64,000 bases of DNA from Coleofasciculus chthonoplastes F2-STO-03 (GCA_040222015.1 JAVJWO010000071.1:1-64000), one strand, 5' to 3'; numbered from the stretch's first letter, positions 19,678-31,629 are shown. Numbers and translations: made by a program. The notes: generated by a model from the sequence alone, not told the origin.

Positions 19678-21195
19678 ATGGCGCGTACCCCAAAATTAAC
19701 CTTTGACCGGGGAACTCTACTCCTCCATCCACCCCCACGGGGTAAGGCGTGGGTGGATTATGCGACATGGGATGATCGGGTAGAAAAGTTTCGGATTCCA
19801 GGGATGCACTATCGTCCCCTGGTGGAAGTGCTGCAAGCTTCTGAGGTTGATTTTATTGATGATGCGAAGGAATTTATTCCTTTGGAGTTGGTTTCTAGCT
19901 TTGAGATGGAACCTTATCCTCATCAACAGGAAGCCTTATTAGCCTGGAAATTAGCAGGGCGTCGCGGGGTGGTGGTATTACCTACCGCCGCCGGAAAAAC
20001 CTATCTGGCTCAACTGGCGATGCAATCGACGCCTCGCAGTACGTTAATTGTTGTACCCACCTTGGATTTAATGCATCAATGGTACGCCCAGTTAGAAGCC
20101 GCGTTTCCGGATGTAGAGGTAGGATTATTAGGGGGAGGTTCGCGCGATCGCACGCCAATCTTGATCTCCACTTACGATAGCGCCACAATCCACGCCGAAT
20201 ACCTGGGAAATCAATACGGGTTGTTAATTTTTGACGAATGTCACCACCTACCCACCGACTTTTATCGGGCAATTGCTGAATACGCGATCGCACCCTACCG
20301 ACTCGGACTTACGGCTACCCCGGAACGTACTGATGGGCGTCATAATGACCTAGATGGCTTAATCGGTCAACAGGTCTATCGCAAAAGCCCCGATGACTTG
20401 GCTGGGTTAGCCTTGGCGGAACATAAGGTGGTGCAGATTAAAGTTAAATTATCACACCAAGAGCGCGATCGCTACGATGCTTGTCTGAAACTGCGGAATG
20501 ATTTTTTAAGAGAGTCTAATATTTACTTAAGCAGTTTAGACGGATGGCAACGGTTTGTGCAAGCCAGTGCGGGTTCTCAACAAGGGCGTCGCGCCATGTT
20601 AGCGCATCGGGAATCTAAGGAAATTGCTTTAGGAACGGAAGGGAAATTACGAGTATTAGCCGATTTAGTCGCGAAACATTATCCGGAACGGATCTTGGTA
20701 TTCACAAATGATAATGCCACAGTTTATCGGATTTCCCAAGAATTGCTGATTCCTGCGATTACCCACCACACTCCTGTCAAAGAACGTCACGAGATTCTCC
20801 AACGATTTCGCGAGGGAGACTATAAAATTTTGGTCGCCTCCCATGTTTTAAATGAAGGCGTTGATGTTCCTGATGCACGAGTGGCGATTATTTTATCGGG
20901 AACAGGTTCAGAACGGGAATATGTGCAGCGATTAGGGCGAGTGTTACGCAAGGGAACGGATCAGAATAAGTTGGCGATATTGTATGAAGTGGTGGCGGAA
21001 AATACCAGTGAAGAAGGAACATCGCAACGGCGACGCGGTTCCAGTGGAAAAGCCAAAGCTAAACCCAAACCTAAACCTAAGGAAGTGGAGAAGCCGAAGC
21101 ATCGACAGTTGGAAATTTTACCCTCTCAACCTTACGAAGTGAAACCTTCTCAGTCGCCGAAAGCTGCCGAGTCTCCGGGTAAGTATGACGTATGA
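19678..21195 (+). CDS. XPB/Rad25-like SF2 helicase
   Basis: LPTAAGKT, DECHH, TAT, EGVDVP, QRLGRVLR. Confidence 0.9.
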   Translation: MARTPKLTFDRGTLLLHPPPRGKAWVDYATWDDRVEKFRIPGMHYRPLVEVLQASEVDFIDDAKEFIPLELVSSFEMEPYPHQQEALLAWKLAGRRGVVVLPTAAGKTYLAQLAMQSTPRSTLIVVPTLDLMHQWYAQLEAAFPDVEVGLLGGGSRDRTPILISTYDSATIHAEYLGNQYGLLIFDECHHLPTDFYRAIAEYAIAPYRLGLTATPERTDGRHNDLDGLIGQQVYRKSPDDLAGLALAEHKVVQIKVKLSHQERDRYDACLKLRNDFLRESNIYLSSLDGWQRFVQASAGSQQGRRAMLAHRESKEIALGTEGKLRVLADLVAKHYPERILVFTNDNATVYRISQELLIPAITHHTPVKERHEILQRFREGDYKILVASHVLNEGVDVPDARVAIILSGTGSEREYVQRLGRVLRKGTDQNKLAILYEVVAENTSEEGTSQRRRGSSGKAKAKPKPKPKEVEKPKHRQLEILPSQPYEVKPSQSPKAAESPGKYDV

Positions 21196-21531
21196 TAGAG
21201 GTTTGTCGTTGCGCTTTAGTGCTAAAAATATTCCCATCGCCTACTATAAGTTCCATTCAGATTAAGTCCGTTTTTAACGCAGAGGGACGCAGAGGTTAGC
21301 GCAGAGGTTCGCAGAGGGAGTTTTAGGAAAAAATTTAACCTTTTATAGGATTTGAGAAATAACTGGAAACGATATAAGTACCTGGACATAAATTCTGTAC
21401 CCTATACTAAGAAACCTTAAGAAGGTTCAAACTCTTACTGTTGCCTGTTGCCTAATCTCAACCGTTAACTTTAATGAAAGTCCGACTACTTACTTTACTA
21501 TGTTCTGTTCCTTTAACTATGAGGAATAATT

Positions 21532-22854
21532 GTGTTTATTAAACTTTTGATAAAAATCGTAAAACTGGGTTTGGCTGTCAGTTTAGTGTTTCCCGCAGTT
21601 TATTTTAGAACGCCATGGCTGGCAAGTTTAAGGGATTGGGCATTTGGTTTGGTGTTTATCCTCAGTTTAGGATTAATCGTTTCGGAAATTTCAGGCTGGA
21701 CGAGAAATTCAAGCCAAAGACACGTTATTCTCAGCGTTTTGATTTTAGCGATCGCGTCATTCAGTTTTTCTTTGGCGGTGACGACGGAAGTTAAATTCCA
21801 GTTGACTAAACAAGCGATTCTCAATCGAGAAGCAAGCCAACTGGAAACTCTGGGTCAGCATTTTATCGTGGGTTATCGTAATCTTGAGGAGGTAAAAACT
21901 CTGGTTGAAAAAGGCGCGATCGCGGGTGTCTTTATCACTAGACGAAATATCCAGAATAAAACCCCAGACGACATTAATAGAGAAATCCAATCGTTACAAG
22001 CCATTCGCGCCAATCAGGGGTTATCGCCATTGTGGATAGCCACGGATCAAGAAGGCGGTATTGTCTCGCGATTATCTCCGCCTTTAACTCAATTACCCCC
22101 CTTATCATCCATTATTAAAGATGAAAAAGAGATCTATAGTGCCAAAGAAGACGTTATCCGCTATGCTAGTATTCAGGGCAAAGAGTTGTCGGAGATTGGT
22201 ATTAATTTAAACTTTGCCCCAGTCGTGGATTTAAATTATGGGATTATCAGTTCTGAAGATAAGTATTCTAAAATTTATCTGAGAGCCATATCCGCCGATA
22301 AAGATATTGTCGCTAAAGTAGCATTATGGTATTGCCAAACCTTAGCTGACTATGGCGTAATCTGTACCATTAAACATTTCCCTGGATTGGGACGAGTGGA
22401 TACGGATACCCATCTTGAGGATGCTCAATTGAAAACGTCGGTAGCGGAATTAACCCAAGCAGACTGGATGCCGTTCCGGGAAGTTATGAGTAAAACAAAC
22501 GCCTTTACGATGTTGGGACACGCTCAATTACTTGCCGTTGATCCTGACCATCCTGTCTCGTTTTCTCAACAAGTTGTTACAGACATTATTAGAGACAAAT
22601 GGCAGCATAATGGCATTCTGATTACAGATGATTTTAGTATGCATGCGGTTTATGGCAGTCGAGATGGGTTAGAGGCGGCTACGGTAAAAGCCATTAACGC
22701 TGGAGTTGATTTAATTTTGATGGCTTACGATACAGATTTGTATTACAACGCGATGAATGCTTTGCTTCAGGCTGAATCGGCTAATCATTTAAATATTACC
22801 GTTCTGAAAAGTAGTAATACAAGACTCAAGCAAGCTATCAAACAACTATTATGA
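21532..22854 (+). CDS. Membrane-anchored GH3 beta-N-acetylhexosaminidase-like protein
   Basis: DQEGG.VSRL, NFAPVVD, KHFPGLG, ITDD..M; N-terminal TM helices. Confidence 0.85.
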   Translation: MFIKLLIKIVKLGLAVSLVFPAVYFRTPWLASLRDWAFGLVFILSLGLIVSEISGWTRNSSQRHVILSVLILAIASFSFSLAVTTEVKFQLTKQAILNREASQLETLGQHFIVGYRNLEEVKTLVEKGAIAGVFITRRNIQNKTPDDINREIQSLQAIRANQGLSPLWIATDQEGGIVSRLSPPLTQLPPLSSIIKDEKEIYSAKEDVIRYASIQGKELSEIGINLNFAPVVDLNYGIISSEDKYSKIYLRAISADKDIVAKVALWYCQTLADYGVICTIKHFPGLGRVDTDTHLEDAQLKTSVAELTQADWMPFREVMSKTNAFTMLGHAQLLAVDPDHPVSFSQQVVTDIIRDKWQHNGILITDDFSMHAVYGSRDGLEAATVKAINAGVDLILMAYDTDLYYNAMNALLQAESANHLNITVLKSSNTRLKQAIKQLL

Positions 22855-22977
22855 ATAGTGAATAAATAGGAAGCCGTGAGGCGTGAATCAATAACAAATG
22901 GCAACATTTTCCTGACATGATTCGTCAAACTGAATAAGTTGTGTTAAATTTACCTGTTTAAGCAAGAAAAAACGGCA

Positions 22978-24444
22978 ATGAGTCATCCCGCTCCATCAGA
23001 GTCTTCAGTTCCACCAAAACCAGCCCAACCGGAAAAACTTAATCTTGCCACGAAAATGGCTTACGGGGCGGGTGATATGGGGGCGGGGATTACAGCTACC
23101 CTGTTGGCGTTCTCCTTACTAATTTTCCTCACCAATGTAGCTGGATTAAGTCCAGGGTTAGCCAGTACGGTGCTGTTAATCGGCAAAATCTGGGATGCGA
23201 TTAATGATCCCATTGTTGGAGTATTAAGCGATCGCACTCGGTTCCGTTGGGGGCGACGCCATACCTGGATGATCCTATCCGGTATTCCCTTTGGCGTGTT
23301 CTTTTTCTTGCAATGGGTTGTACCCCCTATCAATCAGTCGGCGTTGTTTTGGTATTACGTGATTGTCAGTATTTTATTCAATATGGCGTTTACAGGCGTC
23401 AATTTGCCCTATACCGCATTGACGCCAGAACTGACTCAAGATTACAACGAACGTACCAGCTTGAATAGTTTTCGCTTTGCTTTCTCCATTGGCGGGAGTA
23501 TTCTATCCCTAGCCCTGGGTCAATTTATCTTCCGAGTTATTCCTAATGATCAAGAAAAATATCTAGTCTTGGGACTCATCTGTACAGTTCTATCTGTTCT
23601 ACCCGCCTATTTGTGCGTGTGGGGAACCACAGATCCAACGGCGGCGGGGGAACGGCGTTCACATGAAACGGTGGAGGAGAGTAATGAAACGGAAATCCCT
23701 TTTTTAGAACAGCTAAAAATTGCCTTTAGCAATCGCCCTTTTCTCTATGTAATTGGGATTTATCTGTTTTCCTGGTTAGCCTTTCAGTTAACAGCGGCGA
23801 TTATTCCCTATTATTTGGTTAACTGGATGGGTCAAGAGTCCTATTTTACCGCCGCCTTAGTGGTTCAATCTGTAGCATTATTGATGCTGTTTGTCTGGAA
23901 TTGGGTCAGTCAGCGCGTCGGTAAACGGGCAGTTTATTTTATGGGAATGAGTGTCTGGATTGTCGGTCAAGGCGGACTATTCTTTTTACCACGGGATCAG
24001 GTTGGTTTAATGTATCTCCTCTTTGTCATGGCAGGGTTTGGTATTGCTATTGCCTATCTCATCCCTTGGTCAATGTTACCCGATGTGATTGAATTGGATG
24101 AACTGAATACGGGTCAACGGCGCGAGGGAATTTTCTATTCGTTTATGGTACTCCTGCAAAAGATAGGATTAGCCTTGGGATTGTTTCTCGTGGGACAAGC
24201 GCTGGATTTGGCGGGGTTTTTGACTAGTGAACCGGGTCAACCGATACCCGAACAACCGGCTTCAGCGCTGCTGGCGATTCGGTTAGTTGTTGGTCCATTG
24301 CCTACCGTGTTCTTACTTTGTGGATTAATTTTGGCATATTTCTATCCCATCACTCGCGAAATTCATGCAGAAATTCTGTTACAGCTTCAGGAACGCAAGT
24401 CGGGTACTGATACTTCTGCTGACGAAGGTTCGGAATTTGAGTGA
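22978..24444 (+). CDS. MFS/GPH (MelB-like) sugar:cation symporter
   Basis: WDAINDP..G.LSDRT..RWGRR, ERT.L...R, RREG.FY. Confidence 0.9.
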   Translation: MSHPAPSESSVPPKPAQPEKLNLATKMAYGAGDMGAGITATLLAFSLLIFLTNVAGLSPGLASTVLLIGKIWDAINDPIVGVLSDRTRFRWGRRHTWMILSGIPFGVFFFLQWVVPPINQSALFWYYVIVSILFNMAFTGVNLPYTALTPELTQDYNERTSLNSFRFAFSIGGSILSLALGQFIFRVIPNDQEKYLVLGLICTVLSVLPAYLCVWGTTDPTAAGERRSHETVEESNETEIPFLEQLKIAFSNRPFLYVIGIYLFSWLAFQLTAAIIPYYLVNWMGQESYFTAALVVQSVALLMLFVWNWVSQRVGKRAVYFMGMSVWIVGQGGLFFLPRDQVGLMYLLFVMAGFGIAIAYLIPWSMLPDVIELDELNTGQRREGIFYSFMVLLQKIGLALGLFLVGQALDLAGFLTSEPGQPIPEQPASALLAIRLVVGPLPTVFLLCGLILAYFYPITREIHAEILLQLQERKSGTDTSADEGSEFE

Positions 24445-26314
24445 CGCTGCGACTAAAATTGGTAACCGTTATAAACTGCAAAACGCTTTAACCCAACCCA
24501 GAGAAATAGGGTTAACCTTTCATATTTTATTTTGGTTCAGTTTAAGCTTAATCATCACCGCAATTTACAGTGGGTTAGCACTGCGAGAAGCATTTAGTCA
24601 TCCCTATATCGTTCAAGATGATGCCCGTCAGCATATTTTTTGGATGCAACGGTTCATTGATGGCGGATTATTTCCCCATGACTTAATTGCCGATTATTTC
24701 CAATCCGTTGCCCCTGTGGGATACAGTACGATTTACCGCATCGCCGCCGCTGTAGGTATCCATCCCTTTCTCTTCAACAAACTCTTACCGCCAATTCTCG
24801 GCGCGATCGCGACAGGGTACTGTTTTTGCATATCCCTACAACTCCTACCCGTACCTGCGGCTGGCTTTATCACCACAGTACTACTCAATCAAAGTCTTTG
24901 GATGAAAGATGATCTAATCTCAGCCACCCCCAGAGCCTTTGTTTACCCCCTATTCCTCGCCTTCTTATACTACTTACTACGCCAATCTCTACTACCTTGC
25001 CTAACCACAATCATCCTATTATCTCTATTCTATCCCCAATACCTATTAATTTGTGCCGCCCTATTCACCCTGCAACTCCTCACCAAAAAAAACTCACTTA
25101 TACGAACCTCTGCGCCCCTCCGCGCTTACCTCTGCGCCCCTCTGCGTTTCCAAAAAACCGTCAATCTACACCCCCATTCCCTATCCACAATCGGTCTAAT
25201 CATAGCCCTAATCGCCATTTCCGCCTACGCCCTCATTCCCGGAAAATTCGATCCAGTCATCACCGCCACTCAAGCCAAACAATTACCAGAATTTTGGGGA
25301 AATGGGCGCAGTTATTTTTTCAGTAATAACCCCTGGTATTTCTTTTTTCTCAGTCCCCGCAGTGGTATATTAGACGTAGGCTTCGTTAGACCTGCAACTT
25401 TAAGTTTAGGCATACTATTACCCATTCTATACCGACATCCCAACTCATTTCCCCTAGTTAAATCTATTTCCCCTCAGATCCGAGTATTAGCTCAAGTTTT
25501 TTGTGCCTCTCTATTAATATTCATCACTGCCCATCTGCTACTATTTAACCTGCATCTTCCCAGTCGTTATACAGAACATAGCTTTCGTATTCTTTTATCC
25601 GTATCAGCCGGGATGGTTTTAACAATCACGCTGGATGCTATTTTGAGAACAGATTGCCATCCCGCAAAACTCAAAAAATTCTACCTTGGTCGAGGCAGGT
25701 TTAGTGACAGCAGGGCGAAAAGAAACAATAATGGAGAAACCCGCCCCTACTCAAAACTCAGAATTTACCACTACCTAACCATTAGCTTCATCACAGTAGC
25801 ATTACTTTTCTATCCCTACTTAGTGAAACCCTTTCCGTTAACCAAATACAAAGACGGTCATTTTCCTGCTTTGTATCAATTCTTTCAACAGCAACCGAAA
25901 GATAGTTTAATTGCCTCGGTATCAGAAGAGGCAGATAATCTACCCACCTTTGCCCAACGATCTATTTTAGTCGGGCGGGAATATGCGATTCCTTATCATT
26001 GGGGGTATTATCGTCAATTTCGCCAACGCACAATTGACTTAATTAAAGCCCAGTACAGTGCTGATTTAGAGGAGGTGAAACAGTTTATCCAACTTTATGG
26101 AGTAGATTTTTGGCTATTAGACAATACTGCCTTCACGCCAGAGTATCTAGCCAATCATGATTGGCTGCGAGACTATCAACCTGTCACGTTAGAGGCGCAA
26201 AAGAGGCTAACTCAGGGAATCACTCCAGCATTAGCTGGGATAGTTGAGGATTGTTCGGTGTTTCAGATGGAGAGATTTGTCGTGTTAAAAACCACTTGTA
26301 TAAATCAATTGTAG
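24437..26314 (+). CDS. Multi-TM membrane protein (possible GT-C-type glycosyltransferase); start uncertain
   Basis: VQDDARQHIFWM, many TM segments; contains two in-frame repeat insertions. Confidence 0.65.
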   Translation: MSDAATKIGNRYKLQNALTQPREIGLTFHILFWFSLSLIITAIYSGLALREAFSHPYIVQDDARQHIFWMQRFIDGGLFPHDLIADYFQSVAPVGYSTIYRIAAAVGIHPFLFNKLLPPILGAIATGYCFCISLQLLPVPAAGFITTVLLNQSLWMKDDLISATPRAFVYPLFLAFLYYLLRQSLLPCLTTIILLSLFYPQYLLICAALFTLQLLTKKNSLIRTSAPLRAYLCAPLRFQKTVNLHPHSLSTIGLIIALIAISAYALIPGKFDPVITATQAKQLPEFWGNGRSYFFSNNPWYFFFLSPRSGILDVGFVRPATLSLGILLPILYRHPNSFPLVKSISPQIRVLAQVFCASLLIFITAHLLLFNLHLPSRYTEHSFRILLSVSAGMVLTITLDAILRTDCHPAKLKKFYLGRGRFSDSRAKRNNNGETRPYSKLRIYHYLTISFITVALLFYPYLVKPFPLTKYKDGHFPALYQFFQQQPKDSLIASVSEEADNLPTFAQRSILVGREYAIPYHWGYYRQFRQRTIDLIKAQYSADLEEVKQFIQLYGVDFWLLDNTAFTPEYLANHDWLRDYQPVTLEAQKRLTQGITPALAGIVEDCSVFQMERFVVLKTTCINQL

Positions 26315-26513
26315 GGGCGGGTTTTACTGCTATCTTTTCGGTTGCACCCAAATGCGACTAAACCCGCCCTTGCTCAGGAAAGGGCGACTCCCAGACGCGC
26401 CAAGGCGCGTCTCTACATTGCTCCCAGACGCGCCATGGCACGTCTCTACATTGCTCCCTGCAGCAGACCCTAGACTAAGGCAGGCATAGTTTTATGATCA
26501 TCAATGCCTTCCC

Positions 26514-27914
26514 TCAGCGCCCGATTTCCACCTCTTCAAGGATGCCCAGTGCGTCAGGGACAAGCACGGCTACAGAATAGTAAACGCTGAGCAGATAAGA
26601 CATAATCGCCTTTTCGTTGATACCCATGAACCGAACAGACAGGCTGGGTTGGTATTCGTCGGGGATACCCGTTTGGTGTAAACCAACCACACCTTCATTC
26701 TCCTCACCGATGCGGAGTGCCAGGATAGAGCTAGTACCAGTTTTCGTAATCGGAATCTTGTTGCAGGGAAAGATGGGAACGCTGCGCCAACCGAAGATCA
26801 TCTGCCCGTTTACCTCAACACTCTGGGGATAAATGCCACGGTGGTTACATTCCCGACCAAAGGCAGCAATGGTGCGGGGGTGAGCCAGGAAGAACTTCGT
26901 CTTCTTCCGCAGAGAGAGGAGTTCATCCAGATCATTTGGGGCAGGTGGACCGGTGCGGGTAAAAATGCGCTCCTTGAGATCCGCATTGTGCAATAACCCG
27001 AATTCGCGGTTATTAATCACTTCGTATTCCTGCCGTTCCCGCAACGCCTCAATCGTCAGCCGTAACTGTTGCTCAACCTGATTTATGGGTTCATTGTACA
27101 GGTCAGCCACTCGTGTGTTGACCCGCAAAATGCTTTGAGCCACACTCAACTCATACTCGCGCGGTGTTAAGTCGTAATCCACAAACGTCCCTGGCAGCTC
27201 GGTTTCCGCCGGATGTCCCGCTGACATAGCGATCGCGGCTTGACCGTGTTTGTCCTGGGGCTGTCTCAACCGGGCTCTAAATTGATCGACCTGAGCCTGG
27301 AGCGCCTCAGACTGGTTGAGTAACTGCCGAAATGCCTGAATCGGCAGGGATAATACTGTACAACTCGTTACCGCCCGTAGAGTGACCTTCCAACTCTCCT
27401 GGGACTCAACCATACCTTGGTCGCCAAAATGGTCACCGTCGGCGAGTACATCTCGTAAAGCGTCTTCCTCATATTTTCCCGGTGTCATCTTGTTGACTTT
27501 ACCGTGAACAATGAGTAACACTTGATCGGCGGGTTGACCCGCTTGGACAATCACCTCACCTGCGGCAAACTCTTGTTGCACAAATCGGTCAGCTAAGGTA
27601 TTTAACACCTCAACATCGTCAAACCCGCGCAGTAAGGGTAGCTCACATAGGGATTCGGGAATCACCCGCACTTCGGTTCCCGTATTAGTAAAGCTGACTC
27701 GTCCATCCCCGACGGTATAGCGCAACCGACGGTTCACCCGATAAGTACCCCCCTTGATCTGCACCCAGGGCAACATCTTTAACAGCCACCGTGGGGTGAT
27801 GCCTTGCATCTGCGGCACGGTTTTGGTCGTGGTTGCCAAATTCCGGGCGGCGGCTGTGTTCAAACTCATCTGCGGCTGTTCACTCTCAACCTGCAAATTG
27901 GCGGCATCTGTCAT
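26514..27914 (-). CDS. Family 2B encapsulin shell protein with inserted cNMP-binding domain (second copy)
   Basis: [38 protein letters not shown] (GD.FGD), [23 protein letters not shown]; likely start MTDAAN at 27914. Confidence 0.92.
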   Translation of the reverse strand: MTDAANLQVESEQPQMSLNTAAARNLATTTKTVPQMQGITPRWLLKMLPWVQIKGGTYRVNRRLRYTVGDGRVSFTNTGTEVRVIPESLCELPLLRGFDDVEVLNTLADRFVQQEFAAGEVIVQAGQPADQVLLIVHGKVNKMTPGKYEEDALRDVLADGDHFGDQGMVESQESWKVTLRAVTSCTVLSLPIQAFRQLLNQSEALQAQVDQFRARLRQPQDKHGQAAIAMSAGHPAETELPGTFVDYDLTPREYELSVAQSILRVNTRVADLYNEPINQVEQQLRLTIEALRERQEYEVINNREFGLLHNADLKERIFTRTGPPAPNDLDELLSLRKKTKFFLAHPRTIAAFGRECNHRGIYPQSVEVNGQMIFGWRSVPIFPCNKIPITKTGTSSILALRIGEENEGVVGLHQTGIPDEYQPSLSVRFMGINEKAIMSYLLSVYYSVAVLVPDALGILEEVEIGR

Positions 27915-28368
27915 AAAAACTCCTTCGCTGTGGGAAACCCTGTGTCTAAAGACCAGGGAGGAACACGCGGTAGCGGTTTTAACCGCATACTTTTTTAGGG
28001 GGTGGAGGGGTATGGTTGCCCCTCCAATTGTCTCCCATTTCTGGGGTAAAGTTAGCCTCGCCAATGTTATCAGTCGGTAACTATCCAAAAAGCACTGTTT
28101 CAGTGACCTTAAAACTGTTTAACTTTTTGGTTCTAGAGCAGTAGACTGGCTATCGCATCTACTGGTAGGTCTTTAACACTTGCCGATAACGTAGTGCGCT
28201 TAGCACTTAGGCTGGTAAGCACAGCTTTAACTTACTTGGCTAAAGCTCCGTGTCCCTTCGCTTCGCTCGAGGGCAAGCTTTAGACCGGGGTTGCTTACAA
28301 CTTAATACTCCATACTGCTCGTAACTCACAAAAAGACCTAAGACCAAAGAAGGGCGGGTTGAATGTAG

Positions 28369-28724
28369 GGGCGGGTTTTACTACTATCATTGGCGGGTTG
28401 CACCCAGATATGAATAAACCCGCCCCGACTTGCTCCTTAATTAGTAGTAGGGTGGGCACTGCCCACCAGGGGTGTCAACTTAAGCCACAACCCTTGCCCC
28501 TTCTAATTTTCAGCGATGGGGTTCCTGCTCCCTCGGCTGATAGCGATCGCCACCGGAAAAGGGCGGGTTTAGTCAAGTTATCAGTTGTTGCCATAAGTTA
28601 TCTGTAAAACCCGCCCCTACATTCCCTACATCCCCTGCTCTCCTGAAGGGCGGGTTTTACTACTATCATTGGCGGGTTGCACCCAGATATGAATAAACCC
28701 GCCCCGACTTGTTCCTTAATTAGT
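28369..28724. repeat. 77-bp direct repeat (28369-28445 and 28648-28724) of a REP-like gggcgggttt...aaacccgccc element
   Basis: Two near-identical copies 279 bp apart (one mismatch seen); another family member lies between them. Confidence 0.85.
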
Positions 28725-28753
28725 CCTCGGTAGACAGCGTTCTCACCTTCTGT

Positions 28754-30163
28754 CTAACGACCGACTTCGACATCTTCAAGGATGCCCAGGGCGTCGGGGA
28801 CGAGGACGGCGGTGGAGTAGTAGGCACTGATTAGGTAGGAGATGATCGCCTTTTCGTTGATGCCCATGAACCGGACAGACAGACTGGGTTGGTATTCGTC
28901 GGGGATACCGGTTTTGTGGAGACCGATGACACCTTGGTTAGCTTCTCCCACACGCATCAACATGAAGGAGCTAGTCCGGGTATTGGAGATGGGAATCTTG
29001 TTGCTGGGAAAGATGGGGATGCCACGCCAAGCGGGTACTGAGCTGTTGCCCATGGGGACAGTGTTGGGATAGAGTCCCATACGGTTGCACTCCCGACCAA
29101 AGGCTGCGATCGCGCGGGGGTGGGCGAGGAAAAAGCTCGGCTCTTTCCAGACAATGGAGATTAGTTCATCCAGATCATCTGGGGTGGGTGGACCACTACG
29201 GGTAAAGATGCGCTGTTTCAGGTCTGCATTGTGCAGCAACCCAAAGTCGCGGTTATTAATCAGTTCATGTTCCTGCTGTTCCCGCAATGTCTCAATCGTC
29301 AGCCGCAATTGCTGCTCAGTCTGATTCATCGGTTCGTTGTACAAGTCAGACACTCGCGAGTTGACCCGCAACACCGTTTGAGCCAAGCTCAACTCATACT
29401 CACGGGGAGCGGCTTCATAATCTACGAAGGTTCCAGGCAATGGGGTTTCACTCTGATGTCCTGCAGATAAATCGATCAAGGCTTCCCCTTCGGCGCTCTG
29501 GGGTTTGCTCAGGCTAGCGCGGTATTGATCAACCTGAACCTGCAAGGTTTCAGATTGGCTAACCAACTGCCGAAACGCCTCTTCCGGTAGTGACAAAACA
29601 ATACAGCGAGTAACGGCTTGTAGGCTAACGTCCCAGGTATCTTCCGACTGCACAACGGCTTGATCCCCAAAATGGTCGCCGTCAGCCAGCACCCCTAAGA
29701 CGACTTCATCACCATATTTTCCAGATCCAATCACGTTCACTTTACCATGGGCAATCAGGATGACCTGGTCTGCCGATTGACCCGCCTGAATGATCACATC
29801 ACCGGCGGCAAATTCTTGCTGCACAAATCGGTCTGCCAAAGCTGTCAACACATCGTCATCGTCGAACCCCCGCAGCAACGGCAGTTCACACAGTTCTTGG
29901 GGAATCACGCGGATATCAGCCCCAACGTTGGTGAAGGTAACGCGCCCATCGCCAACGGTATAGGTAAACCGACGGTTCACCCGATAGGCACCACCGACGA
30001 CTTGTATCCAGGGCAGCATTTTCAACAACCACCGTGACGAAATGCCCTGCATCTGGGGCTTGGTTTTGGTGGTGGTTGCCAAATTCCGGGCAGCGGCTGT
30101 GTTTAAGCTCAACTGCGGTTGATTATTTTGATTGTCTACGGGCGTATTCGCTGCATCTGTCAT
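28754..30163 (-). CDS. Family 2B encapsulin shell protein with inserted cNMP-binding domain (first copy)
   Basis: Same signature motifs; full-length paralog of 26514-27914. Confidence 0.92.
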   Translation of the reverse strand: MTDAANTPVDNQNNQPQLSLNTAAARNLATTTKTKPQMQGISSRWLLKMLPWIQVVGGAYRVNRRFTYTVGDGRVTFTNVGADIRVIPQELCELPLLRGFDDDDVLTALADRFVQQEFAAGDVIIQAGQSADQVILIAHGKVNVIGSGKYGDEVVLGVLADGDHFGDQAVVQSEDTWDVSLQAVTRCIVLSLPEEAFRQLVSQSETLQVQVDQYRASLSKPQSAEGEALIDLSAGHQSETPLPGTFVDYEAAPREYELSLAQTVLRVNSRVSDLYNEPMNQTEQQLRLTIETLREQQEHELINNRDFGLLHNADLKQRIFTRSGPPTPDDLDELISIVWKEPSFFLAHPRAIAAFGRECNRMGLYPNTVPMGNSSVPAWRGIPIFPSNKIPISNTRTSSFMLMRVGEANQGVIGLHKTGIPDEYQPSLSVRFMGINEKAIISYLISAYYSTAVLVPDALGILEDVEVGR

Positions 30164-30294
30164 GATGATTTCCTTTGGTTAATGTTAGTTAATGTTTGTT
30201 AACAAAGACATCCTTGGAAGTACGAGCTTGGTTACCAAGCCCCTACGGTTCCGGCTTCATCCTGGTGGTGACGACACCTTCCGCTCTACAGAAC

Positions 30295-31473
30295 TTAGAC
30301 AATCTTGGACATACCTAGATTGAGGTCTGCTTCCTGCTTCATCGACTCCCACTGCCCACAGGCTGTAACGAGCGAGTCTCCACAAGCTACCACCGTCGAG
30401 CTGACGGCAGGGGTATAGTGTTCCAGATTGACCAAGGCGTTGAAATCTTGGTCTTTTTTCATACCACAGCACGAACAAGAAAATGTGCGAATGTGCAATG
30501 GCATCTGCTGTTGGTGGGAGTATTCAGAACACAACTGACTGAATGGATAGAATCGAGAAGCTACAATTACTTCGGCTCCGTACCAGGAGGCTTTGTACAG
30601 CAATTGGCGTTTGAATTCGTAGCATCCACAATCGGCTATGGCTGAGGCTAACCGATGGTTTTTGTGCCTCCCAGAACCATGCAAATCCTCAATCACAATG
30701 GTGCTGTGGTTCTTAGCTAACCATGTCGTGAGTTTATGCAAGGCATCGGCGCGAACGTTAGCGACTCGCCGATGTTGTTTAGCCAGTCGGTTGCTCGCTT
30801 TTTGACGGTTGGATGAGCCTTTTACCTTTCGGCTCAGGGTACGTTGCAGGCGAACTAACCGACCCTTGGCTTTTTGATAGGCTTTGACGTTCTCTACCTC
30901 GGTTCCATCGGAACAGGTGGAGAGTCGATTAATTCCTACATCTACGCCGATTCTATCACGAATTTTCGCTGTGGTTTGGATATCTTTTTCGTAGCTGAAA
31001 CTGATGTACCAATCCTGAGCCAGTTTACTTATAGTGACATTTTTTACAGTAACACTTGGCGGTATTTCATGACAAGTTACCCAGCCAATTTGAGGTAAGT
31101 TGATCCGATTTCCACTAATTTTGATCCTGCCTTCTAAGTAGAAGCTGTCCTTGTTTCCCTTCTTTTTGAATTTGGGTTTCTGGGATACCTTTGACACCAA
31201 CCATCGCTGGAATGCCGTGGCTAGATGTCGCAGCGCTTGTTGAGGGCTACAGGGGGAAACCTCATCGTACCAAGGGTTTACAGATTTCACCTCGGCGACT
31301 AAACGCTGATGGAGGTCAATCGCCGTTGGCAGTTTTTCTTTATTGTCTAACGCTGTAAGACATAAAGAAAGTCCCCAGTTCCAAGCATGACGTGCTGTGC
31401 CTGCGTGTTTAGCTAACAAGGTTGCCTGCTTGTTATTAAGCTTGAGTTTGGTTTTAAAGCTTACTTGCGGCAT
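30295..31473 (-). CDS. tnpB: TnpB RNA-guided nuclease, probably decaying
   Basis: HTH (AG.ARHAWNWGL), RuvC GVDVG / IEDL / DQDFNA, degenerate Zn finger CSEY...CSCCG. Confidence 0.92.
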   Translation of the reverse strand: MPQVSFKTKLKLNNKQATLLAKHAGTARHAWNWGLSLCLTALDNKEKLPTAIDLHQRLVAEVKSVNPWYDEVSPCSPQQALRHLATAFQRWLVSKVSQKPKFKKKGNKDSFYLEGRIKISGNRINLPQIGWVTCHEIPPSVTVKNVTISKLAQDWYISFSYEKDIQTTAKIRDRIGVDVGINRLSTCSDGTEVENVKAYQKAKGRLVRLQRTLSRKVKGSSNRQKASNRLAKQHRRVANVRADALHKLTTWLAKNHSTIVIEDLHGSGRHKNHRLASAIADCGCYEFKRQLLYKASWYGAEVIVASRFYPFSQLCSEYSHQQQMPLHIRTFSCSCCGMKKDQDFNALVNLEHYTPAVSSTVVACGDSLVTACGQWESMKQEADLNLGMSKIV

Positions 31474-31629
31474 CTTTCCATGGCTCTACTATTTGCTTGT
31501 TTTTCTGTGACCGAGACTCATAGAATCTGGCAGAAAATACAGTAATTATCTCGAAAATATCTGATTGGTCTGAGCTAGATACTCGCGCATAACCGATGGT
31601 TTTTCTGCTTGTCGAATTTTGTAGAACAT
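31454..31629 (-). pseudogene. tnpA: Internally deleted IS607 TnpA (serine recombinase)
   Basis: Reads RKTIGYARVSSSDQ fused directly to the C-terminal DIFEIITVFSARFYESRSQKNKQIVE...KL*. Confidence 0.85.

Noticed and set aside
27915..28088. 58-aa N-terminal extension of the second encapsulin
   Set aside because: The paralog starts at MTDAAN, and an AGGAG site precedes ATG 27914.
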